NCBI RefSeq assembly: GCF_003086415.1
Contig: NZ_QEFP02000003.1
Span: forward strand, 1-32,000
Origin: Candidatus Nanobsidianus stetteri
Lineage (GTDB): Archaea; Nanobdellota; Nanobdellia; Nanobdellales; Nanobdellaceae
Direction of reading: 5' to 3'
Length of the DNA: 32,000 nt
The position numbers and the translations under genes are program-made. The notes beneath the pieces are model-generated. The model saw nothing but the letters and a program-made list of their open reading frames with translations. It made no database searches and was not told the origin of the DNA. Positions 8,659 through 16,159 of the stretch are shown here, piece by piece; position 1 is the stretch's first letter, and each line of letters begins with the position of its first letter.

Positions 8659-9348
8659 ATGCTAAAAATAGAAGGACTAAATGTTTATTCTGATAATAAA
8701 AAAATATTGGAAAATATAAATTTGGAATTTGAATATGGGAAATTATATCTAATATTTGGTCCAAATGGTTCTGGAAAAACAACACTAGCAAAAGCAATAT
8801 TAAATGATGAGAGTTTAAAAAAAGAAGGAAAAATATTTTTAGATAATGTAGATATAACAAATGAAAGGACTGAAAATATAGCGAAATATACATATTATTC
8901 TTTTCAAGATCCTGTTGAAATAGAAAATATTAGAACAAGGACATTATTAATGTATATTTTGGATAATTTTGATGAAAAAAAGATATTAAGTTTAGGAAAA
9001 GATTTGGGATTACCAGAAGATTTTTTAGATAGAGGAGTTAATTATAATTTATCTGGAGGAGAAAAGAAAAGGTTTTCATTATTATTATCAATATTATTAA
9101 ATAGAAAGGTTATTATATTAGATGAAATAGATTCTGGAGTAGATATAGAATTTTTAAATAAATTAAAATATTATTTGTATCAATTTAAAAAAGAAAATAA
9201 AATAGTAATATTAATTTCTCATAATTTTAAATTTGTAAAAGAATTGGATATTGATAAAGTAATAGTATTAATTGATGGAAAGGTAAAATATGTTGGAGAT
9301 AAAAATATATTAAATAAGATTGAAGAATATGGATTCAAAGTTTTTTAA
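8659..9348 (+). CDS. sufC: SufC-like Fe-S cluster assembly ATPase (ABC-type)
   Basis: Walker A GPNGSGKTT, the SufC-type signature NLSGGEKKRFSLL, and Walker B/D-loop VIILDEIDSGVDIE. No transmembrane partner; it is followed by a SufB/D-like gene. Confidence 0.8.
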   Translation: MLKIEGLNVYSDNKKILENINLEFEYGKLYLIFGPNGSGKTTLAKAILNDESLKKEGKIFLDNVDITNERTENIAKYTYYSFQDPVEIENIRTRTLLMYILDNFDEKKILSLGKDLGLPEDFLDRGVNYNLSGGEKKRFSLLLSILLNRKVIILDEIDSGVDIEFLNKLKYYLYQFKKENKIVILISHNFKFVKELDIDKVIVLIDGKVKYVGDKNILNKIEEYGFKVF

Positions 9349-9928
9349 AGATTTATTTAAAAAGTATTATGAAAAAATATTTGATAATTATAAAATAATT
9401 GAAAAAGAATTTAATATAAATAAAAATCAATATATCGAAATTAATTTGGATAAAAATATTTATTATAATGTTTTTAATATAGATAATTCTGAAGTAAAAA
9501 TAAGAATCAATAATAATGATACTTCAATGATATATAATGAATTTAATATAATTGGAAAAGTAAAGATAAACATTTTAATCAATAATTCCGGAAATTTAAG
9601 AATATATAATTTATATAAAGTAAATAGCAATTCTTCCTCAGATTCAATAGAAAAGATATATAATAAAAATAATGTTGTTCTAATATCTAAAATATTTATT
9701 GATAAAAATTCTGAAAACTCTGAGGGGAAATTATCACAATATCTATTTGAAGAAAATGGTATATCAATTCTATTACCAATATTGGATATAGAAAATAATA
9801 AATCAAAAGGATTTCATGGATCTAAAATATTAAAATTAACTGAAAAAGAAGAAAATTATCTAAGATATTTATCACTAAATAAAGAAGAAATAAAAAACAT
9901 TTTAATGAGAGAATTTAACTTTATATAA
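9329..9928 (+). CDS. strongly reduced SufB/SufD-like protein
   Basis: The C-terminus KGFHGSKILKLTEKEENYLRYLSLNKEEIKNILMREF parallels the SufB/D pattern c.HGAt.g.ld.eqlFYL.sRGl.eeeA..ll..gF. The preceding beta-rich repeats suit the SufBD beta-helix. The track start 9320 is TTG; the first ATG is 9329. It overlaps the sufC end. Confidence 0.55.
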   Translation: MDSKFFKDLFKKYYEKIFDNYKIIEKEFNINKNQYIEINLDKNIYYNVFNIDNSEVKIRINNNDTSMIYNEFNIIGKVKINILINNSGNLRIYNLYKVNSNSSSDSIEKIYNKNNVVLISKIFIDKNSENSEGKLSQYLFEENGISILLPILDIENNKSKGFHGSKILKLTEKEENYLRYLSLNKEEIKNILMREFNFI

Positions 9929-9958
9929 AATTATAAACTTTAATTATATATTCTTTTA

Positions 9959-10936
9959 ATGGAAGAGGAAGAAAAGAAACAAATTAGAGATTTGGAAGAT
10001 TTACCTGGTGTAGGTCCAAAAACTGCACAGAAATTGAGAGAAGCTGGTATATTTTCATTAGAAGATCTTGCAGTATCTTCTGTTCATGAATTAGTAGAAA
10101 AAGCTGGACTTGGAGAAGAAACTGCTAAAAAATTATTGGAAATAGCTCAAGATTATGTTGGACAAGGGTTTGTATCTGCATATGATTTTTATAATTCAAG
10201 AAAAGCTGTTGAAAGGATAACTACAGGTTCAAAAGCTCTTGATGATTTACTTGGCGGGGGTGTTGAAACACAGGCATTGATAGAGGCTTTTGGTGAATTT
10301 GGTTCTGGAAAAACACAGTTGGGTCATCAGTTATCAGTTAATGTTCAATTACCAAAGGAAAGAGGTGGATTAAGTGAACCTGACAAACCAGCTCAGGCAG
10401 TTTATATTGATACTGAAGGAACATTTAGACCAGAGAGAATTGTGCAAATGGCAAAGGGTGTAGAATTAGATCCCGATAGTGTATTAAAGAATATAATATT
10501 TATAAGGGCATATAATTCAGATCATCAAATAAGTATTGTAAAGAAAATACCAAGCTTAATTCATGAAGGAAAGAATATAAGATTAATAGTTATAGATTCA
10601 ATTACTGCGCATTTTAGAGCAGAATATATTGGAAGAAGTAATTTAGCAGAAAGACAACAAAAATTAAATCAACACTTAAGAGATTTATTGAAATTAGCTA
10701 CAGTTTATAATTTAGCAGTATATGTAACAAACCAAGTTATGGCAAAACCTGAAGGATTTTTCGCTTTAGATCAACAGGCAGTTGGAGGACATATTTTAGC
10801 CCATGCAATTACATATAGAATATTCTTAAGAAAGGGTAAGGATAGAACAAGGATTGCTAGGTTAATTGATGCACCTCATTTACCTGAAAGAGAGGCGGTA
10901 TTTAGAATAAGTGAGGAGGGTGTTAGGGATGTATAA
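9959..10936 (+). CDS. radA: DNA repair and recombination protein RadA
   Basis: N-terminal HhH ([20 protein letters not shown]), Walker [23 protein letters not shown], and Walker [13 protein letters not shown]. Length 325 aa. Confidence 0.95.
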   Translation: MEEEEKKQIRDLEDLPGVGPKTAQKLREAGIFSLEDLAVSSVHELVEKAGLGEETAKKLLEIAQDYVGQGFVSAYDFYNSRKAVERITTGSKALDDLLGGGVETQALIEAFGEFGSGKTQLGHQLSVNVQLPKERGGLSEPDKPAQAVYIDTEGTFRPERIVQMAKGVELDPDSVLKNIIFIRAYNSDHQISIVKKIPSLIHEGKNIRLIVIDSITAHFRAEYIGRSNLAERQQKLNQHLRDLLKLATVYNLAVYVTNQVMAKPEGFFALDQQAVGGHILAHAITYRIFLRKGKDRTRIARLIDAPHLPEREAVFRISEEGVRDV

Positions 10937-10969
10937 GCTTTATATTTAGATATTTTCTATTTTATATAT

Positions 10970-11221
10970 ATGGAAAGATATGAAGCATCATCCTTATTAA
11001 ACAAACCAGTTGTTACAGATAAAGGTAGAAAGTTGGGGGAAATTGCAGATCTACAATTTGAAGAAAAAACAGGTGAAGTATTGAATATCATATTAAAGAA
11101 TCCTACTGAAAATGCTGAAAGATTGGGATTGGAAAAAACAAAGGATGGATTTTTAGTACCATTTATGGCAGTAAAGGCAATTGGCGATTATGTAGTAATT
11201 TCTGAAGAAGATTTAGTATAG
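10970..11221 (+). CDS. PRC-barrel domain protein
   Basis: LLNKPVVTDKGRKLGEIADLQFEEKTGEVLNIIL....VPFMAVKAIGDYVVISEEDL is the typical single PRC-barrel pattern. It is the same size class as the PRC-barrel proteins recently linked to archaeal cell division. Confidence 0.7.
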   Translation: MERYEASSLLNKPVVTDKGRKLGEIADLQFEEKTGEVLNIILKNPTENAERLGLEKTKDGFLVPFMAVKAIGDYVVISEEDLV

Positions 11222-11325
11222 ATTTTTTATATTTACTTTATTAATTAAAAACAAAACAATATTTGAAATTATAATTTTATCTATGTTTTATGATTAAAAA
11301 TAAAAAAATATGGAAATTATTCTAA

Positions 11326-11544
11326 TTATTCTGCAGGTTTTATAACAGATATATTATCACCCCTTAAGAATATCCAAGGTAATTTTTTATTAGTATCCAA
11401 TTCTGTTACATCTTCTAATACCATGTTTGGATGAACATCAGAAGCTACCAATTTACCTCTATATTGTTTACCATTCTTCATTTCTACTATTATTTCTTTT
11501 CCTTTTGACTGTGTTATTATATCTAATGGTCTTACTATGTCCAT
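11326..11544 (-). CDS. Sm-like (LSm/SmAP) RNA-binding protein
   Basis: Sm1 (GKQYRGKLVASDVHPNMVLEDV) and Sm2 (IFLRGDNISVI) motifs. The track start 11559 is TTG; the first ATG is 11544, with TTTATAAAA starting exactly 30 nt upstream (11574 on the minus strand). Confidence 0.85.
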   Translation of the reverse strand: MDIVRPLDIITQSKGKEIIVEMKNGKQYRGKLVASDVHPNMVLEDVTELDTNKKLPWIFLRGDNISVIKPAE

Positions 11545-11566
11545 AAACAAAATATACAAAAAAGAT

Positions 11567-11574
11567 TTTATAAA
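11567..11574 (-). promoter_or_regulatory. TATA box of Sm-protein gene
   Basis: On the minus strand TTTATAAA starts at 11574, 30 nt upstream of ATG 11544. Confidence 0.5.
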
Positions 11575-11599
11575 TTTATTTTATAAATTGATTTAAAAA

Positions 11600-12019
11600 T
11601 TATTCTTTTATTAATATTCCATTTATAATTCCATCTTGACCTGGTCTTGATGTTACTAAAACTTTTCCTATTTCAGTATTTAATATAGCATTTTTAGTTA
11701 TTATTTTTTCTCTATCTAAGTTTTTATCATTTGGATTTTTAATAACACCCAATATTTTTACTCTTTTAATTTCTTTTGTTTCTGGATTAAGTACATTTAC
11801 ATATAAAGCACCCTTTAATTTTACTTTATAATTTCCACCTTTCGTTCTAAATATATATCTTATTTCTTCATTACCTTTTGATATCTTTGTTAGAATTGGA
11901 TATCTTCCATAATTTGCTTTTCTTTTTTTACTATTAGGAGATTTTATTTTACCATTTTCTTTTCTTAAATCTCTACCTTGGTAAACAGATAATCCTCCTT
12001 TTTTGTATATATTTACCAT
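11600..12019 (-). CDS. rps8e: 30S ribosomal protein S8e
   Basis: ..YQGRDLRK..GK......KRKANYGR.P..TKI......R.IFRTKGGNYKVKL....YVNV..PETKE..RVKILGVIKNP.N....REKIITKNAILNTEIGKVLVTSRPGQDGIINGILI matches S8e. I prefer the start at ATG 12019, because the track start 12097 would run through the tRNA-Leu gene. Confidence 0.9.
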   Translation of the reverse strand: MVNIYKKGGLSVYQGRDLRKENGKIKSPNSKKRKANYGRYPILTKISKGNEEIRYIFRTKGGNYKVKLKGALYVNVLNPETKEIKRVKILGVIKNPNDKNLDREKIITKNAILNTEIGKVLVTSRPGQDGIINGILIKE

Positions 12020-12041
12020 TTTATTTTTATGATAAAAAAGA

Positions 12042-12054
12042 TTTAAAAAATAAA
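12042..12054. promoter_or_regulatory. central A/T element shared by divergent rps8e and tRNA-Leu
   Basis: TTTAAAAAATAAA sits in the middle of the 56-nt spacer (12020-12075). Its centre is about 28 nt from the rps8e ATG and from tRNA +1. The 14-mer ATTTAAAAAATAAA recurs upstream of tRNA-Phe (14305-14318, minus strand). Confidence 0.4.
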
Positions 12055-12075
12055 GTGTAATAAAAAATAAAATAC

Positions 12076-12176
12076 GCGGCGGTGCCCGAGCGGTCAAAGG
12101 GGTCGGGCTTAAGACCTTAGTTGGTAAGAAACCCGATGGGTTAGTCCCGTCAGGGGTTCAAATCCCCTCCGCCGCA
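12076..12176 (+). tRNA. tRNA-Leu (anticodon UAA), class II long variable arm, with 17-nt intron at 37/38
   Basis: Acceptor GCGGCGG/CCGCCGC; anticodon stem TCGGG (12103-07)/CCCGA (12132-36); loop CTTAAG..A with TAA at 12110-12112; variable arm TGGGTTAGTCCCGTC; T-arm AGGGG-TTCAAAT-CCCCT; discriminator A. The two halves of the anticodon stem are contiguous only if 12114-12130 is removed. Confidence 0.85.
12114..12130 (+). other. tRNA-Leu intron (canonical position 37/38)
   Basis: ACCTTAGTTGGTAAGAA. It contains TAAG, complementary to anticodon-loop CTTA. ACC/GGT can pair internally, consistent with a bulge-helix-bulge fold (not modelled). Confidence 0.75.
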
Positions 12177-12383
12177 TTGAAATTATATTTTTTATAATTC
12201 TAATTAATAATTAGTAATTATTCATAGATTAATTTGAATAATATATGAATAATACGCTAAATAAACATAATATAAAGCCATAAGATTATCTATTATATCT
12301 TTTTGTTATCTAATTTATTATTATATTCAAAGACTTAATTATTCATAAAAATTTATATATTAAAAAAAAACGGATAATATAGT

Positions 12384-14075
12384 ATGAAATCTATTTCCCC
12401 AATAATAGCAACAATACTATTAATTGTAATGGTAGTAGCAATAGCAGGATTAATGTATGCATGGCTATCTGGAATGTTTTATTCATTAACATCTTCTTCA
12501 TCTCAACAAATTCAACAGCAATCTCAAATGGTATCTTTTACAATAAATAATGTATTTTGTTCAAATAATACATTATATTTTGATATCTACAATAATGGAA
12601 ATGTACCTATTTATATAAATAATTCTGAAATAATATTTACAGATAATAATGGTAATAATACACCTATAAACGGAAGCAATATTATTTGTAATAATGGAAA
12701 TATAATACCTATAGGAAGTAATAGTTTATGTTATATAATAAATAATTTATGTTATTATAATGTTACAAATTATATAGAAAGTATGAATTTTGTATATAAT
12801 GGAATAAGTTATAATTATGGTATATCAGGTAATAATAAATTTAATTTATTATATGCTCCTAATAATTCTACTAGTAATTTAACATCAAGTTCATCTACTA
12901 ATACTAACACTAGCTCAGGATATACTCCATTAGTAATATATGATATCCCAATAACAATATATAATACTCAAAATATTTCTACACCCTCTCCTTTTCAACA
13001 AGATATTGCTATTTGCAACGGAACCTTAAATGTAGGTTCATCTTTTGCTTATATAAATGATCCAACATTATTTAATCAAATAAATCCAAATGGACAAAAT
13101 GTTTATTTTTCAACATTATATAGTAGTAGTCCAGATATTTACTCATGGTATGAAGGTCAACTAAATTATAATGGAGTTACATGTGATGTATGGTGGATAA
13201 ATTTACCAAATGGAATTCCTGCAAATAGTAGTGTAGTAGTATATCTATATATAGGAAATAGTTCTTCTAATTATTATTCTCAATATTATCCATATGTAGG
13301 TGCTTCTCCTCAAGTAATTTCAGGATATGATAATGGTCAAGATGTATTTGTAGCATATGGATATTTTAATAATACATTTGATGGATGGAGTGGATATATC
13401 TTTACAGGATCTTATTCTCCTACAGCAACCCCAAATGGTATTGAAATGCTAAATAGTGGTTCTTCCGAAGGCACATATATTTTACCTCCAAATAATGGAA
13501 ATATTCCAGAAATACCTTTAATTGTTGAAGAAGCTTGGTATTATTCTGGTATTGGACATGCAAATGCAATAGCATTATTTGGAAATACAAGTAATCAAAT
13601 TTATGCAGCCAGTATTGGAAGTACTGCAGGTGTAGATACACCAGCATCTAATTTATCTACATTTGCGCAATTTCAGTATGATTATGGAACTAATCCTCCC
13701 AATTCTCAAGCAGATATGTTAAAGTCTGCAGTAACAAATCAATATTTAAATTATACATCTTTCCCAAACACAGGTGGCACAATTTATTCATATTTAATTG
13801 TTAATTCCACATATGCACAAACTGGGTATTATAAATATAATGGTGGTCAAGTATGGGCTCCATTAACATTATTAGATACATACAGTATAAATAATAATGG
13901 ATATACGTATTCTAATTTAAATTATAATCCTTTCCAATATGGTACATTAGAAATAAGTGCAGGAGATGGTGTTTATGATACGTCAACTCAATATGTAGAA
14001 TGGGTAATAGCAAGAGCATATCCTCCAAATGGTGTAATGCCTTCAATTTATATTATTGCTTATGCAGTTATTTAG
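12384..14075 (+). CDS. archaeal type IV pilin-like N-terminus fused to a large Asn/Tyr/Ser-rich DUF2341 plus ConA/LamG-like surface domain
   Basis: N-terminus MKSISPIIATILLIVMVVAIAGLMYAWLSG is the archaeal pilin N-terminal (class III signal-like) pattern. A Cys-containing beta-rich module and an S/T linker (STSNLTSSSSTNTNTSS) follow. Next comes a DUF2341-like opening IPITIYNTQNISTPSPFQQDIAI....NGQNVYFS....WYEGQL...VTCDVWWINLP.GIPANSSVVVYLYIGN. The C-terminal end ..QYVEWVIARAYPP is typical of the lectin-fold ending. Many N-x-S/T sequons. Confidence 0.7.
   Translation: MKSISPIIATILLIVMVVAIAGLMYAWLSGMFYSLTSSSSQQIQQQSQMVSFTINNVFCSNNTLYFDIYNNGNVPIYINNSEIIFTDNNGNNTPINGSNIICNNGNIIPIGSNSLCYIINNLCYYNVTNYIESMNFVYNGISYNYGISGNNKFNLLYAPNNSTSNLTSSSSTNTNTSSGYTPLVIYDIPITIYNTQNISTPSPFQQDIAICNGTLNVGSSFAYINDPTLFNQINPNGQNVYFSTLYSSSPDIYSWYEGQLNYNGVTCDVWWINLPNGIPANSSVVVYLYIGNSSSNYYSQYYPYVGASPQVISGYDNGQDVFVAYGYFNNTFDGWSGYIFTGSYSPTATPNGIEMLNSGSSEGTYILPPNNGNIPEIPLIVEEAWYYSGIGHANAIALFGNTSNQIYAASIGSTAGVDTPASNLSTFAQFQYDYGTNPPNSQADMLKSAVTNQYLNYTSFPNTGGTIYSYLIVNSTYAQTGYYKYNGGQVWAPLTLLDTYSINNNGYTYSNLNYNPFQYGTLEISAGDGVYDTSTQYVEWVIARAYPPNGVMPSIYIIAYAVI
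13060..13102 (+). repeat. 43-nt tract identical to 31948-31990 (inside paralogous DUF2341 regions)
   Basis: ATCCAACATTATTTAATCAAATAAATCCAAATGGACAAAATGT was compared base by base with the second copy. The flanking roughly 160 nt are only partly identical. Confidence 0.9.
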
Positions 14076-14207
14076 TTAATTTTTCAATATCAGATAATTT
14101 AGATAATAATCCTATTATTTAAAATATATTAGAAATCTTTTCTAGTAAATTTAATTATTTCCATCAAAACAATTATTTCCATAATTACTGTTTATAATAT
14201 CAAAACC

Positions 14208-14281
14208 TGGGGCGGGTGGGATTTGAACCCACGACCTTCCGGTCTTCAGCCGGACGCTCTCCCGGTCTGAGCTACCGCCCC
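14208..14281 (-). tRNA. tRNA-Phe (anticodon GAA)
   Basis: Reverse complement GGGGCGG-TA-GCTC-AGACCGGGA-GAGC-G-TCCGG-CTGAAGA-CCGGA-AGGTC-GTGGG-TTCAAAT-CCCAC-CCGCCCC-A. This is a perfect cloverleaf of 74 nt. Confidence 0.95.
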
Positions 14282-14350
14282 TTCGATTATCAATATTTTC
14301 ATTATTTATTTTTTAAATTTTTCAAATTATAAAACATTCTTTAATTTATA

Positions 14351-16159
14351 ATGATAGAAAAATATTATCCAATATTAAACAATAGACCATTTCAAATTGA
14401 TGTTATAGAAAAAATATTAAACTATATTAATGAAAATAGAAAATTCATTTTATTGGATTCTCCTACGGGTTCAGGTAAAACGATTATTGCATTGGTGATT
14501 TCTGATTATTTAGCAAAAGAGGATTTTATAACTCATATTGCTGTAAGAACAACTGAAGAAATAAAAAGATATTTAGAAGACTCATTTAAAATAAATACAA
14601 TATTAAGGGTATATCCAAATAAAAAGAAAACATGCCCAATATTTTTTAAATCAAATTTATCTGGAGAAGAAATAATATGTGCTGATTGTATATATAAAAA
14701 ATCTTTATATGATCCAGAAGAATTATATAAAAGATTAAAGAAATATAATTATAATTTTATTAAATTGACAAAAATAGAATATAAGAAATATTTAAAAAAG
14801 AAGGATGTAAGATGTATATATCATTCTTTTAAGAAAATTGATTCAAATATTTATATTTCAACATATCCATATGTTTTTAATCAATATTTAAATGAAGTAT
14901 TATCTTTAGAAGGAGAACCTGATTTTTTAATAATGGATGAGTCTCATAATTTATTAACATCAATTATAAATCCTATGTCAATATCATTTAGAAAATATAT
15001 AGAAAAAGGTATTGGAAAAAGGAATGAGGAAAATTTATTATTTCAAGATTTAATAAAAGAATTAGAAATTATAAAAAATGCTTTAAATATACCTGAATAT
15101 GATTTTGAATTAATAAGATATAATTTAATGAAATTTTCAGATGAATTATTATCATTTATAGAAAATGTAATTGCAAAGAAATTTAATACAAGGGATATAT
15201 ATTTAATAAAAGAAAGAATGGAAAAATCTTCAAAAGAAATATATATAGATAGAGAAAAATTAAAGGAAATATTTGATTCTAATGAAAAATTATTGGATAA
15301 TTTATCATTTTATTGGGAGACATATAAAAGGTATGTTTCAAAAAATAATATTAAATTACCAAAGAAAAGATGGAATATAAATAAAATATTAAAGTTATAT
15401 TATTATATAAATTATGAAGATATTTTTTGGATATTAAATTTATTTAAATTAGAAGGATATATAACAAAATTTGAAAAAATAATTAAAGTATTTGATAATT
15501 ATAAATCAGTAATATTAATGTCTGGAAGTAATTTTACAAAAGAAAGTTTCCAAAAATTATATAAAATAAAGGATGTAGAATATATTAAAGTTGATATAAA
15601 ATATGGAAAAAAGGATTATGAAGTATTATATAATTTTTCTTCAAGATATTCAAAAAGAAATGATAAAAATAATATAGAAAATTTAATAGGAGATATAAAA
15701 TTTATTGCAAATAATTTAGAAAAGTATCAATTATATATGTTCCCTTCATATTCTTTTATGGTAAATATATATGAAAAATTAGATATAAAGGACAGAATAT
15801 TTTTAGATGATGGTGAGAAACCATTAAATAGAATATTAAAAACAACTAAAGATATAATATTTACATATGCAAGATCAAGATTTATAGAAGGAATTCAGTT
15901 AGTAAAGGATAATCAATCATTATTAAAGGTAATTGTAATTGTTGGAAAACCATATCCTCCACCACCAAATGCATCAATATTAATATATAAAATAATTAAG
16001 GATAATAATTTGGATTATAATGAATTGGCAGAAGTATTAAAGGATATAAATATTAAACAAGTAATTGGAAGGGCAATAAGATTTCCAAATGATCATGTTA
16101 AAATATTTTTTATAGATGATAGATATAAAAAGGTGGAAATTAAAAAATATTTGCAATAA
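14351..16159 (+). CDS. xpd: XPD/Rad3-family 5'-3' DNA helicase (Fe-S cluster helicase)
   Basis: Walker A LLDSPTGSGKT and DEAH-like box FLIMDESHNL. Four Cys between motifs Ia and II (KTCPIF, IICADC, VRCIY) match the XPD 4Fe-4S domain. Motif VI is QVIGRAIRFPNDHVKIFFIDDRY. Confidence 0.85.
   Translation: MIEKYYPILNNRPFQIDVIEKILNYINENRKFILLDSPTGSGKTIIALVISDYLAKEDFITHIAVRTTEEIKRYLEDSFKINTILRVYPNKKKTCPIFFKSNLSGEEIICADCIYKKSLYDPEELYKRLKKYNYNFIKLTKIEYKKYLKKKDVRCIYHSFKKIDSNIYISTYPYVFNQYLNEVLSLEGEPDFLIMDESHNLLTSIINPMSISFRKYIEKGIGKRNEENLLFQDLIKELEIIKNALNIPEYDFELIRYNLMKFSDELLSFIENVIAKKFNTRDIYLIKERMEKSSKEIYIDREKLKEIFDSNEKLLDNLSFYWETYKRYVSKNNIKLPKKRWNINKILKLYYYINYEDIFWILNLFKLEGYITKFEKIIKVFDNYKSVILMSGSNFTKESFQKLYKIKDVEYIKVDIKYGKKDYEVLYNFSSRYSKRNDKNNIENLIGDIKFIANNLEKYQLYMFPSYSFMVNIYEKLDIKDRIFLDDGEKPLNRILKTTKDIIFTYARSRFIEGIQLVKDNQSLLKVIVIVGKPYPPPPNASILIYKIIKDNNLDYNELAEVLKDINIKQVIGRAIRFPNDHVKIFFIDDRYKKVEIKKYLQ

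Noticed and set aside
9320-9328. Track start (9320) of the SufBD-like ORF
   Set aside because: Codon 9320-9322 is TTG and an ATG follows at 9329. Given the ATG usage of all other genes here, I prefer 9329. Either start overlaps the sufC end.
9959-10936. Visibly higher GC in radA (and in pcn, rps11, eif5a and the histone) as a sign of horizontal transfer
   Set aside because: The GC-richer genes are exactly the most conserved core proteins, whose amino-acid composition (G, A, V, R) is constrained. Lineage-specific and surface genes drift to N/K/I/Y codons. There are no mobile-element hallmarks at the borders.
12020-12097. N-terminal extension of the S8e ORF (track start 12097, MTARAPPRILFF...)
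   Set aside because: The extension runs antisense through the tRNA-Leu gene; the GC-rich part encodes TARAPPR. The S8e homology begins after the internal ATG at 12019, which also has a promoter-like element about 28 nt upstream.
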